Positions 1-9,277 of a DNA stretch of 51,379 nucleotides are shown here, piece by piece. The DNA comes from Candidatus Hadarchaeota archaeon (lineage in GTDB: Archaea > Hadarchaeota > Hadarchaeia > Hadarchaeales > JAWBSP01): positions 1 to 51,379 of the forward strand of contig CAYYWO010000001.1 of the NCBI GenBank assembly GCA_964474885.1, given 5' to 3'. Positions within the stretch are counted from its first letter, which is position 1. Every line of letters starts with the position of its first letter. Made by a program: the position numbers and the translations under genes. The notes under the pieces were generated by a model, which saw only the letters and a program-made list of their open reading frames with translations, was not told where the DNA came from and did no database searches.

Positions 1-3000
1 TTCCGGACAACCTGTACTACTGGAGGGTTGCAGTCAGGGACAACGCAGGGAACACAAGTTCGTTCTCTGTAGTCCAGAGCTTCAAAATTGATACGGTTCC
101 ACCCGAAACGCCGCTTTTGATCTCGCCGGAGAACGGAGCAGTGGTTGGAGAGGTGCCCGAGCTATGCTGGTCGAGTGTCTTCGAGAACTCTCTTCCTGTC
201 GTTTACGAGGCACAGATTGCCCAGACCTCAGACTTCACCGTGGGGCTGCAGTCCTCGGGTTGGATCCAAGAGAACTGCTGGATTTGTGGCCCGTTGCAGG
301 AAATAACTTGGTACTGGAGAGTGAGGGCAAAAGACAATGCAGGGAATCTCAGCCCATGGTCGGAGGTTAGATGGTTTGTTGTAAAGCCGAGATGGTGGTG
401 CCTAGACTCGTGGAGCGCCTCAAATGTCTCCCCCTCCTCTTGGCGCATACTCGAGTCTCTCGGGGCAAATGCTGAGACTCCAACGGTCGGATGGGAGGAG
501 ATCGAACAGCTTACCGCAAGCTTATTCACAACGGTAGCCTGGAGGCAACTGGAAGCCAGAACATGTGTTACTAGAACCTTACCCACCTGGCACCCCTTGG
601 ACGCAATAACGGTCGCCTCTGTCAGTCGGGCAATATGGATCCGGCAAGAGGTGTGGGTGGTGAGCGCCACAACGTCAGCCACATGGTTCTCCGTTGAGAG
701 CTGGCAGGACAACGTAGCTGCACCCGTTCCCGCACCGATCTTGCTCTCTCCTGCAAACGGTGAAATCCTAACAGACAACATCCCGACCTTCCGCTGGGAG
801 AACTCCCTGCCGGCGGACAACTTCTGGCTGCAGGTAGACAACGACGAGGACTTCAGCTCCCCGATCATAGACAACCAGCAGATCCTGGAGAACACCTGGA
901 CCTCCACCGTCGAACTGCCTCTAGACAACTACTACTGGAGGGTGAAGGCATTCAGGAACGGTGTGGCCTCCGAGTGGTCAGAGATCTGGGTCTTTGAGGT
1001 GAGGCGCCTCCCGCCAACCGCTCCGGTTCTCGTTAGCCCTGAGAACGATTCTTGGGTGAGGAGGGACGTTACCTTCGAGTGGGTAGCAGGAAAGTACGCG
1101 GACAACCACCGCATAGAAATAGACAACGACCCGGACTTCTCCAGCCCGGAGGAGAACGTCCTGCTGGGCGCTACGGACAACCGGTACACCACCACCCTCG
1201 ATTACGGCACCTACTACTGGAGAGTCTGGGCGATCAACCCAGCTGGGCAGACGGTCAGCGAGAACGTCTGGTGCTTCACGGTCTACGCCACCTGGGATCA
1301 GCTGGAGACTTGGACAGCCGCCGCGGGATCTAGGGCTTCTTGGCTGGATGTAGAGGAATGGGCAGCTACCTCTAGGACAGGGGCAGGTTTCGTGGCACTT
1401 GACGCATGGCAGGTTAGCTTCTTGAGGTATGTGAGCTGGCTGGTTAACGAGAGCTGGGTGGGTGGGGTAAGGACGCTGGGTGCCCCCGTTCTGGTGGCAC
1501 CAGAGAACGACGCGTGGGTGAACGACAACACACCCACCCTGCAGTGGAGGAACGTGGAGGGGGCACTAGAGTACCTGGTGCTGGTGGACAACGACGCAGA
1601 CTTTAACACACCAGTGGTGAGTCAGTTCGTCTCGGAAAATCGGTTCACTACACCCGAGTTGGGTAATGGGACCTACTACTGGAAAGTCAGGGCGAAGGCC
1701 GAGGAGCTCTTAGGTTCGTGGTCCGAGGTCTGGCGGTTCACGGTCGGTTACGATGTGACGCCACCGAGCGAGCCCGTCCCGGTCAGCCCGGAGAACAACG
1801 CTACCCTGAGGGAGCCCGACGGAAGACCTGCCTTCTTCTGGCTCCCCTCCCAAGACGATGTAAGCGACAAAGTAACCTACACGCTCGAGATCTCCACCTC
1901 CCCCGACCTGTCGGTGCTCGTCTATAGGAAGTCTGGCCTGACCGGGAACTCTCACGAGGTGGATAACCTTCTGTCCCAGGACAACTACTGGTGGAGGGTG
2001 AGGGCAATCGACTGGGCAGGCAACGAGAACGTCTCGAGGGTCTTCAGACTAGAGCTCCTGGTCCCGCCGGCTTCCTGCGTGCAACCCATCTCGCCCTACT
2101 GGCAGAACACCTCCCCCATCCTCATCCAGGCCACTGCTTCCGACGCGGACGGAGAGGTAACAGGGGTAGAGCTCTGGTACAGGTACTCTCCCGACAACTC
2201 CAGCTGGGGCACCTGGATCCTGTACGACTACGACACCACAAGGCCCTACAGCTTCAGCTTCGCCCCGCCTAGTGGTGAGGGCTACTACGAGTTCTACTCC
2301 AGAGCTAGGGACAACTCGGGCAACTACGAGGAGCCACCTGCCCAGGCGGATGCCAGGTGCGGATACGACGTGACAGAGCCGGAGGCGCCCGACCTGAGAT
2401 CACCTGAAAACAAAGTGACTCTGGTGGATGCTACGGGACGCCCGACCTTCGAGTGGACCTCGGTGCCCCCGGACCTATCGGAGCTGGTATACGTGCTGGA
2501 GATAGACAACGACCCAGATTTCGATTCACCGCTGTACACAAAAGCCTTGACGGATAACAGGCACACGGTCGAGAATGTGCTGCCCCAAGACAATTACTAC
2601 TGGAGGGTCAGGACAGTCGATGGGGCTGGCAACGAGAACTCCTCGGAGGTCCGAGTTTTCGAGCTGATAGTTCCATCAGTCTCCTGCGTGCAACCCATCT
2701 CGCCCTACTGGCAGAACACCTCCCCCATCCTCATCCAGGCCACTGCTTCCGACGCGGACGGAGAGGTAACAGGGGTAGAGCTCTGGTACAGGTACTCTCC
2801 CGACAACTCCAGCTGGGGCACCTGGATCCTGTACGACTACGACACCACAAGGCCCTACAGCTTCAGCTTCGCCCCGCCTAGTGGTGAGGGCTACTACGAG
2901 TTCTACTCCAGAGCTAGGGACAACTCGGGCAACTACGAGGAGCCACCTGCCCAGGCGGATGCCAGGTGCGGATACGACGTGACAGAGCCGGAGGCGCCCG

Positions 3001-5789
3001 ACCTGAGATCACCTGAAAACAACGCTGAGATCTCCCACTGGCCAGTCTTCGGCTGGACCTCTGTGAGCGATGCTTCTGGTGTGACCTATGAGCTGGTAGT
3101 CGACAATGAGCCCAACTTCTCTCAACCGTTTGTCTATCACGTAGTGGGACTGACTGAGAACTATCACGTTTGCGAGAACGAGCTCTGGAACGGTACCTAC
3201 TACTGGAGGATTAGGTGCACGGACGGTGCTGGTAACTCAGGGAGATGGTCGGAGAACTGGGTCTTCCGCGTAGTCAATAGGTGGATCAAGCTGGATCAGA
3301 TTCAGGTCTCTGTGCGGGCGGGGGCGCGGTGGATCCAGGCCGAGGAATGGACTTCTGTTTTTAAATCTCCATCCTCATGGAAGTGTATCGAGACATTCAA
3401 GGATGACATGACTTCAATCAGCTTGTGGAGACTCTTAGATTCCACACGAGGCAACTGCGAGGCACTCGCCTCTTGGAGGGAAGTGGAGGTTCGGCCGGCT
3501 AGCATCCAGCCAGTAAGCGTCTGGTACTATTTGGACTCAACCTCAGCAGGGCTCTGGACACGCTCCACTTGGAGGAAGCTCGATGATTGGGTCTTGCCAA
3601 TGTATACTCAGTACTTCACGATAACCCTTTCCGAAGGCTCGGGCAGGGTGAGTAACGGGCAGTCCCTGAGTATAACCGTGCAGGTAATAGGATACCACGG
3701 CTACAGCAAGGCGGTCTACCTCAGCGCCCAGAACCTGCCACCTGGAGTGACGGCCAGCTTCTCCCCCAGCTCAGGCGTGCCAGACTTCTCCTCTGCACTC
3801 ACGTTCTCGGTCAGCACGACGGCGACCTCGGGTACATACAACATCACGATTGTGGCCACGGATGGCTCCATGAGGGTGACGAGGTCCTTCACCCTGAGGA
3901 TAGCTGGCTTCCTTAGTATGAGTATCTCCCCGATCTCTGCGACGGTGCACCGCGGGGATGAGATAGAAGTGACCGTTATCGTCACGGGCTCCCCAGGGTA
4001 CTCAGGCACGGTTTCACTCAGTATCCAGGATCTGCCCTCTGGAGTGAGGGCCAGCTTCTCCCCCAGCTCGGGTGCGCCAGACCTCTCCTCCACGCTCACG
4101 CTTTTGACAAGTGTGGATACCCCAGTTGGTACACACGGGATAGAGATAGTGGCCACCGACGGCATCCTGACCGTCACGAAGACCTTCACCTTAACTGTCA
4201 AAGGGAGACCCCCAGCCTCCTCGGTCAAGCAAGTTCCATCTTACTGGCAGTCCACCCTGCCCGTTACAGTGGAGGCGACGGCTTACGACAATGATGGTGA
4301 GGTAATCAGCGTGCAACTGTTCTACAGGTATTCGCCTGACGGCTCAGCTTGGGATGCTTGGAGATTCTATGCTCAGGATAATGAGCCACCATGGGCTTGG
4401 AGCTTCTCTCCACCGGAAGGGGAGGGATACTACGAGCTGTACTCCGTCGCCACCGATAACGACGGCTTGGTCGAGAACGCACCTATGCATCCTGATGCAA
4501 GCTTCGGTCTAGATGTTACTCCACCCCCACCTCCCCGGCCTCTGTCCCCAGTTGAGGGCAATCCCACAGGCAGAATCGTGAAGCTCTTCTGGTCCGAGAC
4601 CCCGGATCTGTCGGGTATCTCCAGATATGAAATCCAGGTAAGCTCACAGGAGAACTTCGAGACGGCCTTGGCACAGCTGGCAACCTCCCAGACTTATGTT
4701 GAGTTGGATCTACCGGCCGAAGGTAGGTACTTTTGGAGGATCAGGGCAACCAACGAGGCGGGTCTAACCTCAGGCTGGAGCCAGGTTGCGAGTTTCACGA
4801 GAATATTGAAGACGCCCATGCAGAAGACGAGGGCAAACATCCCGTCCCAGAGTCCTATTGAGTTTGACTTCTCAACCTACTTCCCACGCTTCATAGAGAA
4901 GATCTCTTTGAGCACTACACAGTTCTTCGAGTCGCTGACGGTATCAGTCTACGAATTCGAGAAGGACGAATTCTGTGAGACTTTCGCTTGGTTGCCCGAG
5001 CCCCCGTACGAATACGCAGGCTGGCTCGCGCTGGATGTATCAAAGGAAAAAGTGGAGTCGACCGCGATCCTCTTCAAGGTGAGCAAGTCCTGGTTGCGGG
5101 AGGGAGCTCTGGACGAAAATAAGGTGTATCTGCAGAGGCTGTACAAAGGCAGATGGGAGAACATACCAGCCAGGTTCATCGGGGAGGACGATAAATATTG
5201 CTATTATGAAGCATCCTTCACAGGATTCTTCGAGGCACTCTCAGCGGCTGCGGCTAGGAAAGCGGTGCCACCTGCACCTCCAGTACCCGTATCTAGACCG
5301 CCTTATCTACTCTATGCCTTCCTGGCAATTCTGGGGACGATTGGAATAGGGTTCGCGTACTATCTCTACCAGCGCGGGGTTCTCAAACCAGCGGTACCTT
5401 TGGAACGCGTGGCCCCACCCACCCTACCAGCTGCTCTCACTCGCATAAAACCAGCGGTTGCGCTCGAGAAATTGAAACCTGCAGCTCCTAAAGTCGAGCT
5501 TTTACCACCGCCCCTTAAAGTGAAGCCCTTGGAGGTTCAAAGGGTGGTGCGTAAACCTCTGCCGGCTACGGAGGTACTGGAATCTCTCAAGCGCATCTCA
5601 AGTCGGTCTACTCTTGGGGAGCTGGAGAAGGTGGTCGAGATTCCCGCGGTTTCACCCGCTATCAAGCTCGAGGAGCTCGTAGAGGAAGTGAAGGGGATCA
5701 GACCAGTGACCGTGGAAAAGAAGGGGGTGTCCCTCTCGGAGGGCATGCTGAAGAAGTTAAAAGAATTGTCGGAAAGGAAAACTTTTTAA
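1..5789 (+). CDS. Giant membrane-anchored surface protein, 5'-partial (>1928 aa): FN3/Ig-like repeats, Trp repeats, PGF-pre-PGF-like domain, TM helix, cytoplasmic tail
   Basis: Frame is open from nt 3 (PDNLYYWRVAVRDNAGN...), so the true start lies outside the window. Recurrent P-x-L-x-SPEN...YYWRVRA-x-D-x-AGN modules. FKVSKSW...YEASFTGF resembles PGF-pre-PGF. Hydrophobic helix at ~5304-5369. Confidence 0.85.
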   Translation, partial: PDNLYYWRVAVRDNAGNTSSFSVVQSFKIDTVPPETPLLISPENGAVVGEVPELCWSSVFENSLPVVYEAQIAQTSDFTVGLQSSGWIQENCWICGPLQEITWYWRVRAKDNAGNLSPWSEVRWFVVKPRWWCLDSWSASNVSPSSWRILESLGANAETPTVGWEEIEQLTASLFTTVAWRQLEARTCVTRTLPTWHPLDAITVASVSRAIWIRQEVWVVSATTSATWFSVESWQDNVAAPVPAPILLSPANGEILTDNIPTFRWENSLPADNFWLQVDNDEDFSSPIIDNQQILENTWTSTVELPLDNYYWRVKAFRNGVASEWSEIWVFEVRRLPPTAPVLVSPENDSWVRRDVTFEWVAGKYADNHRIEIDNDPDFSSPEENVLLGATDNRYTTTLDYGTYYWRVWAINPAGQTVSENVWCFTVYATWDQLETWTAAAGSRASWLDVEEWAATSRTGAGFVALDAWQVSFLRYVSWLVNESWVGGVRTLGAPVLVAPENDAWVNDNTPTLQWRNVEGALEYLVLVDNDADFNTPVVSQFVSENRFTTPELGNGTYYWKVRAKAEELLGSWSEVWRFTVGYDVTPPSEPVPVSPENNATLREPDGRPAFFWLPSQDDVSDKVTYTLEISTSPDLSVLVYRKSGLTGNSHEVDNLLSQDNYWWRVRAIDWAGNENVSRVFRLELLVPPASCVQPISPYWQNTSPILIQATASDADGEVTGVELWYRYSPDNSSWGTWILYDYDTTRPYSFSFAPPSGEGYYEFYSRARDNSGNYEEPPAQADARCGYDVTEPEAPDLRSPENKVTLVDATGRPTFEWTSVPPDLSELVYVLEIDNDPDFDSPLYTKALTDNRHTVENVLPQDNYYWRVRTVDGAGNENSSEVRVFELIVPSVSCVQPISPYWQNTSPILIQATASDADGEVTGVELWYRYSPDNSSWGTWILYDYDTTRPYSFSFAPPSGEGYYEFYSRARDNSGNYEEPPAQADARCGYDVTEPEAPDLRSPENNAEISHWPVFGWTSVSDASGVTYELVVDNEPNFSQPFVYHVVGLTENYHVCENELWNGTYYWRIRCTDGAGNSGRWSENWVFRVVNRWIKLDQIQVSVRAGARWIQAEEWTSVFKSPSSWKCIETFKDDMTSISLWRLLDSTRGNCEALASWREVEVRPASIQPVSVWYYLDSTSAGLWTRSTWRKLDDWVLPMYTQYFTITLSEGSGRVSNGQSLSITVQVIGYHGYSKAVYLSAQNLPPGVTASFSPSSGVPDFSSALTFSVSTTATSGTYNITIVATDGSMRVTRSFTLRIAGFLSMSISPISATVHRGDEIEVTVIVTGSPGYSGTVSLSIQDLPSGVRASFSPSSGAPDLSSTLTLLTSVDTPVGTHGIEIVATDGILTVTKTFTLTVKGRPPASSVKQVPSYWQSTLPVTVEATAYDNDGEVISVQLFYRYSPDGSAWDAWRFYAQDNEPPWAWSFSPPEGEGYYELYSVATDNDGLVENAPMHPDASFGLDVTPPPPPRPLSPVEGNPTGRIVKLFWSETPDLSGISRYEIQVSSQENFETALAQLATSQTYVELDLPAEGRYFWRIRATNEAGLTSGWSQVASFTRILKTPMQKTRANIPSQSPIEFDFSTYFPRFIEKISLSTTQFFESLTVSVYEFEKDEFCETFAWLPEPPYEYAGWLALDVSKEKVESTAILFKVSKSWLREGALDENKVYLQRLYKGRWENIPARFIGEDDKYCYYEASFTGFFEALSAAAARKAVPPAPPVPVSRPPYLLYAFLAILGTIGIGFAYYLYQRGVLKPAVPLERVAPPTLPAALTRIKPAVALEKLKPAAPKVELLPPPLKVKPLEVQRVVRKPLPATEVLESLKRISSRSTLGELEKVVEIPAVSPAIKLEELVEEVKGIRPVTVEKKGVSLSEGMLKKLKELSERKTF
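2073..3022 (+). repeat. 341-bp exact direct repeat inside the surface protein gene (2073-2413 = 2682-3022)
   Basis: Identical by eye with a 609-bp offset. A diverged third copy of the same domain lies at ~4218-4520. Confidence 0.92.
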
Positions 5790-5795
5790 ACTACC

Positions 5796-5806
5796 TTTTT
5801 TTTTTT
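5796..5806 (+). terminator. Oligo-T tract: putative archaeal terminator, running into a TATA-like TTTTAA for the next gene
   Basis: T11 run starting 7 nt after the stop codon. Confidence 0.45.
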
Positions 5807-5835
5807 AAGCTAACTATTAGAAGGAAATCTCAAAT

Positions 5836-6618
5836 ATGGCGCTTAGGACAAGGAGGGGTATAGTTTTAGGCGTTACGTCTGCTAAGGGAGGAGTAGGTAA
5901 GACCACGACAGTTTCGAACCTGGGTGCGGCTCTTGCTCAGCGGAAGAAGGGGAAGGTGATAATCGTTGAGACGAACATGACGGCCTCTAATTTAGGCCTG
6001 CATTTGGGGATCGTGGACCCACCCGTGACCATCCAGGACATAGTGCTCGGGAGGTACCCTAAGATAGAGGACGGGATCCAGAAGCTGGACTACGGATTGC
6101 ACGTGGTCTCGGGCTCTATCGCACACACAACGGAGATGGGATCGATCGATCTCAGCCCCGCTACCGATCAGCTGCGGAAGAAGTACGAAGTAATCCTGTT
6201 GGATACGGCCCCCGGCTTTGCACAAGAGGTCCTTTCGGCCCTGCGTGTGTGCGACGGGGTCTTGGTCTGCTGTCAACCGCAGATCCCAGCCATTGCGGGG
6301 ACCCTGCAGACCATGCGCACCTTGGAGTCGATGCGGATACCGGTAGTGGGGGTGGTGCTCACCAGGGTGACGAGGAAGAGGTACGAGATATCGACCTCCG
6401 AAATCAAGCGCACGCTAGGCTGGCCCACACTGGTAGAAATACCTGAGGATGATATGGTACCCGAGAGCATAACTAGGGGACTGCCGGTTGTCCTTTATGC
6501 TCCGAATTCTCCAGCAGCTAGGGCCTATCTGGAACTGGCTAGGTGGATTTTGGCGTATCTCCGGGCGAAGAAGCCCGGAACCAAGAAGAAAGCCAAAGCT
6601 AAGAGGACGAAAAAATAA
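5836..6618 (+). CDS. MinD/ParA-family ATPase (deviant)
   Basis: KGGVGKTT deviant Walker A, LLDTAPG Walker B, IPED motif, Lys-rich C-terminus. Confidence 0.88.
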   Translation: MALRTRRGIVLGVTSAKGGVGKTTTVSNLGAALAQRKKGKVIIVETNMTASNLGLHLGIVDPPVTIQDIVLGRYPKIEDGIQKLDYGLHVVSGSIAHTTEMGSIDLSPATDQLRKKYEVILLDTAPGFAQEVLSALRVCDGVLVCCQPQIPAIAGTLQTMRTLESMRIPVVGVVLTRVTRKRYEISTSEIKRTLGWPTLVEIPEDDMVPESITRGLPVVLYAPNSPAARAYLELARWILAYLRAKKPGTKKKAKAKRTKK

Positions 6619-6619
6619 T

Positions 6620-7447
6620 TCACTTCCTCTTGCTCTTTCTCTTTCTTCCAAGCGCTAGGTTGAACTTTGTGGCTAGCCTAGTGGGAGAAATGGGCATGTG
6701 GAGGATCTGACTGGCGATATCCCGGAGGGCTAGGGAGGCAGGGGCATCTGGATAGAGTGCAACTACAGGCAGATCTCTGCGGAAGGCATCCTCCACCAGC
6801 TCGTCATCCTCTATCACCCCGAGGACCCTCGCGATTTCCTCGGCCTGCAGAACCCACTGTTCTGTATTGGTTGCGGGTGGGACGCGGTTTAACACGACCC
6901 CTATACCATCTAGGCCGAGCAATTGCTTCAGGCCTAGGGCCGTCTGGCGGGCGGACAGTATGGAATCGACATCGGGGTTGATCACGTAAAGCAAGCCGTC
7001 TGCAATTGCAGTCAGGATCAGGTGCTCGAAGCCGACTGAGGCCGGTGTGTCCACCACGATGTATGAGAACTTCCTCCGCAGAGTCGAGAGCATCCGCTCA
7101 AACCTCCTCACCATGGTTCTGACAAAACTCACCATGTCCCTGGCACCCGGGGGCAGGAACCTCCCACCTGCCGGTAGGATCGCGAGCTTGGGAAAGAGAG
7201 GCTGCCCGCCGGATCTGAGCTGGCATGCGTAGACTGCTTCTGCGAGGGTACACTTTCCTTCGAGCACATGGGCGAGGGTCAGATCTGCCCCAGGGCACAT
7301 CTTAAGCTCAACGGTCCTGACGTGGACATCTCCATCCACCAGCAGGACCATGTCGTCCTGTAGCTTGCTCAGCCAGCAGGCGATCCCCATGGCGACCGTG
7401 CTCTTCCCAACGCCACCCTTGGTGCCCAGGACGGATATGACCGGCAT
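6620..7447 (-). CDS. MinD/ParA-family ATPase
   Basis: KGGVGKST, LVDGD, VVDTPA, VVLNRV, IEDD motifs. Confidence 0.9.
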   Translation of the reverse strand: MPVISVLGTKGGVGKSTVAMGIACWLSKLQDDMVLLVDGDVHVRTVELKMCPGADLTLAHVLEGKCTLAEAVYACQLRSGGQPLFPKLAILPAGGRFLPPGARDMVSFVRTMVRRFERMLSTLRRKFSYIVVDTPASVGFEHLILTAIADGLLYVINPDVDSILSARQTALGLKQLLGLDGIGVVLNRVPPATNTEQWVLQAEEIARVLGVIEDDELVEDAFRRDLPVVALYPDAPASLALRDIASQILHMPISPTRLATKFNLALGRKRKSKRK

Positions 7448-7893
7448 TATTTCCTCCTCTTGGGTACCTCTTCCAGCCTCCTGGCCATCTGCCTGGTCTT
7501 CATGCTGACGAGGACTTCCCTCAGCTCCTCGTCTAGGGTCGAGACGTGTATCCTCTCCTCCAGAGGCCTGGCCTGCACCTTGAGATCGACAGCCCTGTGC
7601 ACTCTCTTAGCCTTCCCGATGGGGTCGTATTCGAACCTGACCAAACCCGCTTCCTCCAGCTTCTGCAGGTGGTAGCTCATGAGGATGTTGCTTATCTTCC
7701 GCCCGAATTTCTCGGATGCACGCTTTGCGAGCTCAGCCTGTCTCAGGGGTCCTTGGGAGAGGGTGGAGAAGACCCACTGCCTGATGGGATCGGATAGGGC
7801 CTCCGCTATCCTGAAGAGCTCATCCTGCCCCAGCTCCTGCCACTGCTCCTCGTCGGGGAACAGCCTCCGCGGCTTACCCTTTTCGATTTGCAT
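7447..7893 (-). CDS. ArsR-type winged-helix transcriptional regulator
   Basis: EALSDPIR...SYHLQKLEEAGLV. Its stop overlaps the MinD start (TAATG). Confidence 0.85.
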   Translation of the reverse strand: MQIEKGKPRRLFPDEEQWQELGQDELFRIAEALSDPIRQWVFSTLSQGPLRQAELAKRASEKFGRKISNILMSYHLQKLEEAGLVRFEYDPIGKAKRVHRAVDLKVQARPLEERIHVSTLDEELREVLVSMKTRQMARRLEEVPKRRK

Positions 7894-7934
7894 TTAACTT
7901 TCAAAAAAATCTTCTTTAGAGTATAAATTGATTT

Positions 7935-8612
7935 TTACAATCTCAGGATTGGCACGTTTAACCTTTCCACGAGCAGGGCAGGCAGGTCTAGGACCTTGTG
8001 GTGCTTCAGGGCGATGGCGTGATCGCTGGTGGCGATGATGCTGAACTTCCGGAGCTCGAAATCGACGTTGGCGGAGGTTTTTGCGCTACCATCCAGTTCA
8101 GCTTCCGAGATCTCCTTCCTAACGAGTTCCGCCAGCTTCCCACTCCAGCTCATCTGTTTCTCGAACAGGAACTCGAACCACTTGGGCTTCAGCTCGTCCA
8201 GGATTTGCAGTATATTCCTTATTGCAACTCTCGTTTTCGGGTTGATCCTGTACTTGCCAAAAACCGCACTGGCATCCCTAACCCAGCCATCGTCGCACAG
8301 GTAAAGGGGCTTCTTGGAGAGCATGGCCTCGACTGTTATGAGCACATTGTACCCGTCTATCCCCAGCTCCTTGTTCCTCACCTCCTCCGGCCTCGCCTTC
8401 CTCTTCCCCAGCTCCTTCACCTCCTGGGCTGAGAAGACTACCCTGACCAGGATGTTCCGCTGGGTTGCGGGGAACCTGTAGTGGTTGGCAACAAAGTTGA
8501 GGGCACTTTCTTGGGGATATCCACGGTTGATCAGCCACCTCAACTCCTCGGCCGCCTTCCTGAGGAGCTCAGTCGAGGTAGATCGCAGGTTTGAAGGGTA
8601 GGGCCCGCCCAT
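7935..8612 (-). CDS. DUF434 domain protein (PIN/NYN-like nuclease); start uncertain
   Basis: LRWLINRGYP..ALNFVANHY, IDGYNVLITVE, DGWVRD, ATSD motifs. The N-terminus overlaps the duplicated leuS 3' end. Confidence 0.8.
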   Translation of the reverse strand: MGGPYPSNLRSTSTELLRKAAEELRWLINRGYPQESALNFVANHYRFPATQRNILVRVVFSAQEVKELGKRKARPEEVRNKELGIDGYNVLITVEAMLSKKPLYLCDDGWVRDASAVFGKYRINPKTRVAIRNILQILDELKPKWFEFLFEKQMSWSGKLAELVRKEISEAELDGSAKTSANVDFELRKFSIIATSDHAIALKHHKVLDLPALLVERLNVPILRL

Positions 8613-8676
8613 CCCCCTGCGGCTCCCTCTCATCCCAAAATTCAACTCTTTTCCCAATCTTTTTTTCGATTATGTG
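8560..8676 (-). repeat. Diverged duplicate of the leuS 3' end (matches 10606-10740)
   Basis: 8560-8604 matches 10606-10650 at 42/45 nt. Translates to IEKKIGKRVEFWDEREPQGDGRALPFKPAIYLD, versus LeuS IEKKIGGRVEVWDEKDPQKYDPQGKASRALPFKPAIYLE. Confidence 0.88.
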
Positions 8677-8810
8677 GGTAAGCAGTACTGTTTCAGTATG
8701 ATTACCTTGGTCTCGAGGTGGATCCCCTAAAAAGCTGTTTGGAATTTCTCCTACCACGAGCTTTCGAGGGTTAAAGAAAACCAACTTTTAAGAGGAACCG
8801 AAAACTTGTC

Positions 8811-9100
8811 GTGCGGACCTCTACGATTTCGATAGCAGGTAACCCAATTGTTGAGGCTCTCCAGCGCGGCGCGCGTCTGATCATCATTAAGGGGCTTCGC
8901 AGAACGGGAAAAACTTCGCTCTTCAAAACTTGCTTGGAGGAAGCGAAGATCCCCTATCTGCTCATCGATGGAAGGAGATTCGCGCACAGCCCAACATCTC
9001 AAGAGTAGATTTGATACGAGCACTGGAACAGGTTTCAACGAGCTTTTGAGCATAGAGAAAAGGGGCTGCACCCTCGTGCTTATCAGATCTCTTGTCATAG
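8811..9100 (+). pseudogene. Truncated archaeal AAA ATPase fragment
   Basis: LIIIKGLRRTGKTSL Walker A followed by a stop at 9008. No full-length ORF. Confidence 0.7.
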
Positions 9101-9277
9101 AACTAAACGAGCTCTCCGTATCAATTTTGGAGGGATGAATTTCATAAGCAGGGGCGAGATAACCTCTCCCTCCGAAGTCCCTCTCGTGAAGTCCAATATG
9201 TATTTTTTAAAGGTTTTTGGATGAAGGTTCCACTTTGGCTTTAAGTTTTCTCTCACGACTTTTCTTGACATTTTAGT

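Noticed and set aside
2073-3022. Diversity-generating retroelement TR/VR pair
   Set aside because: The copies are identical with no adenine-specific mismatches, and there is no reverse transcriptase in the window.
8569-8784. 71-aa ORF as an independent gene
   Set aside because: It is the translated remnant of the duplicated leuS 3' end.
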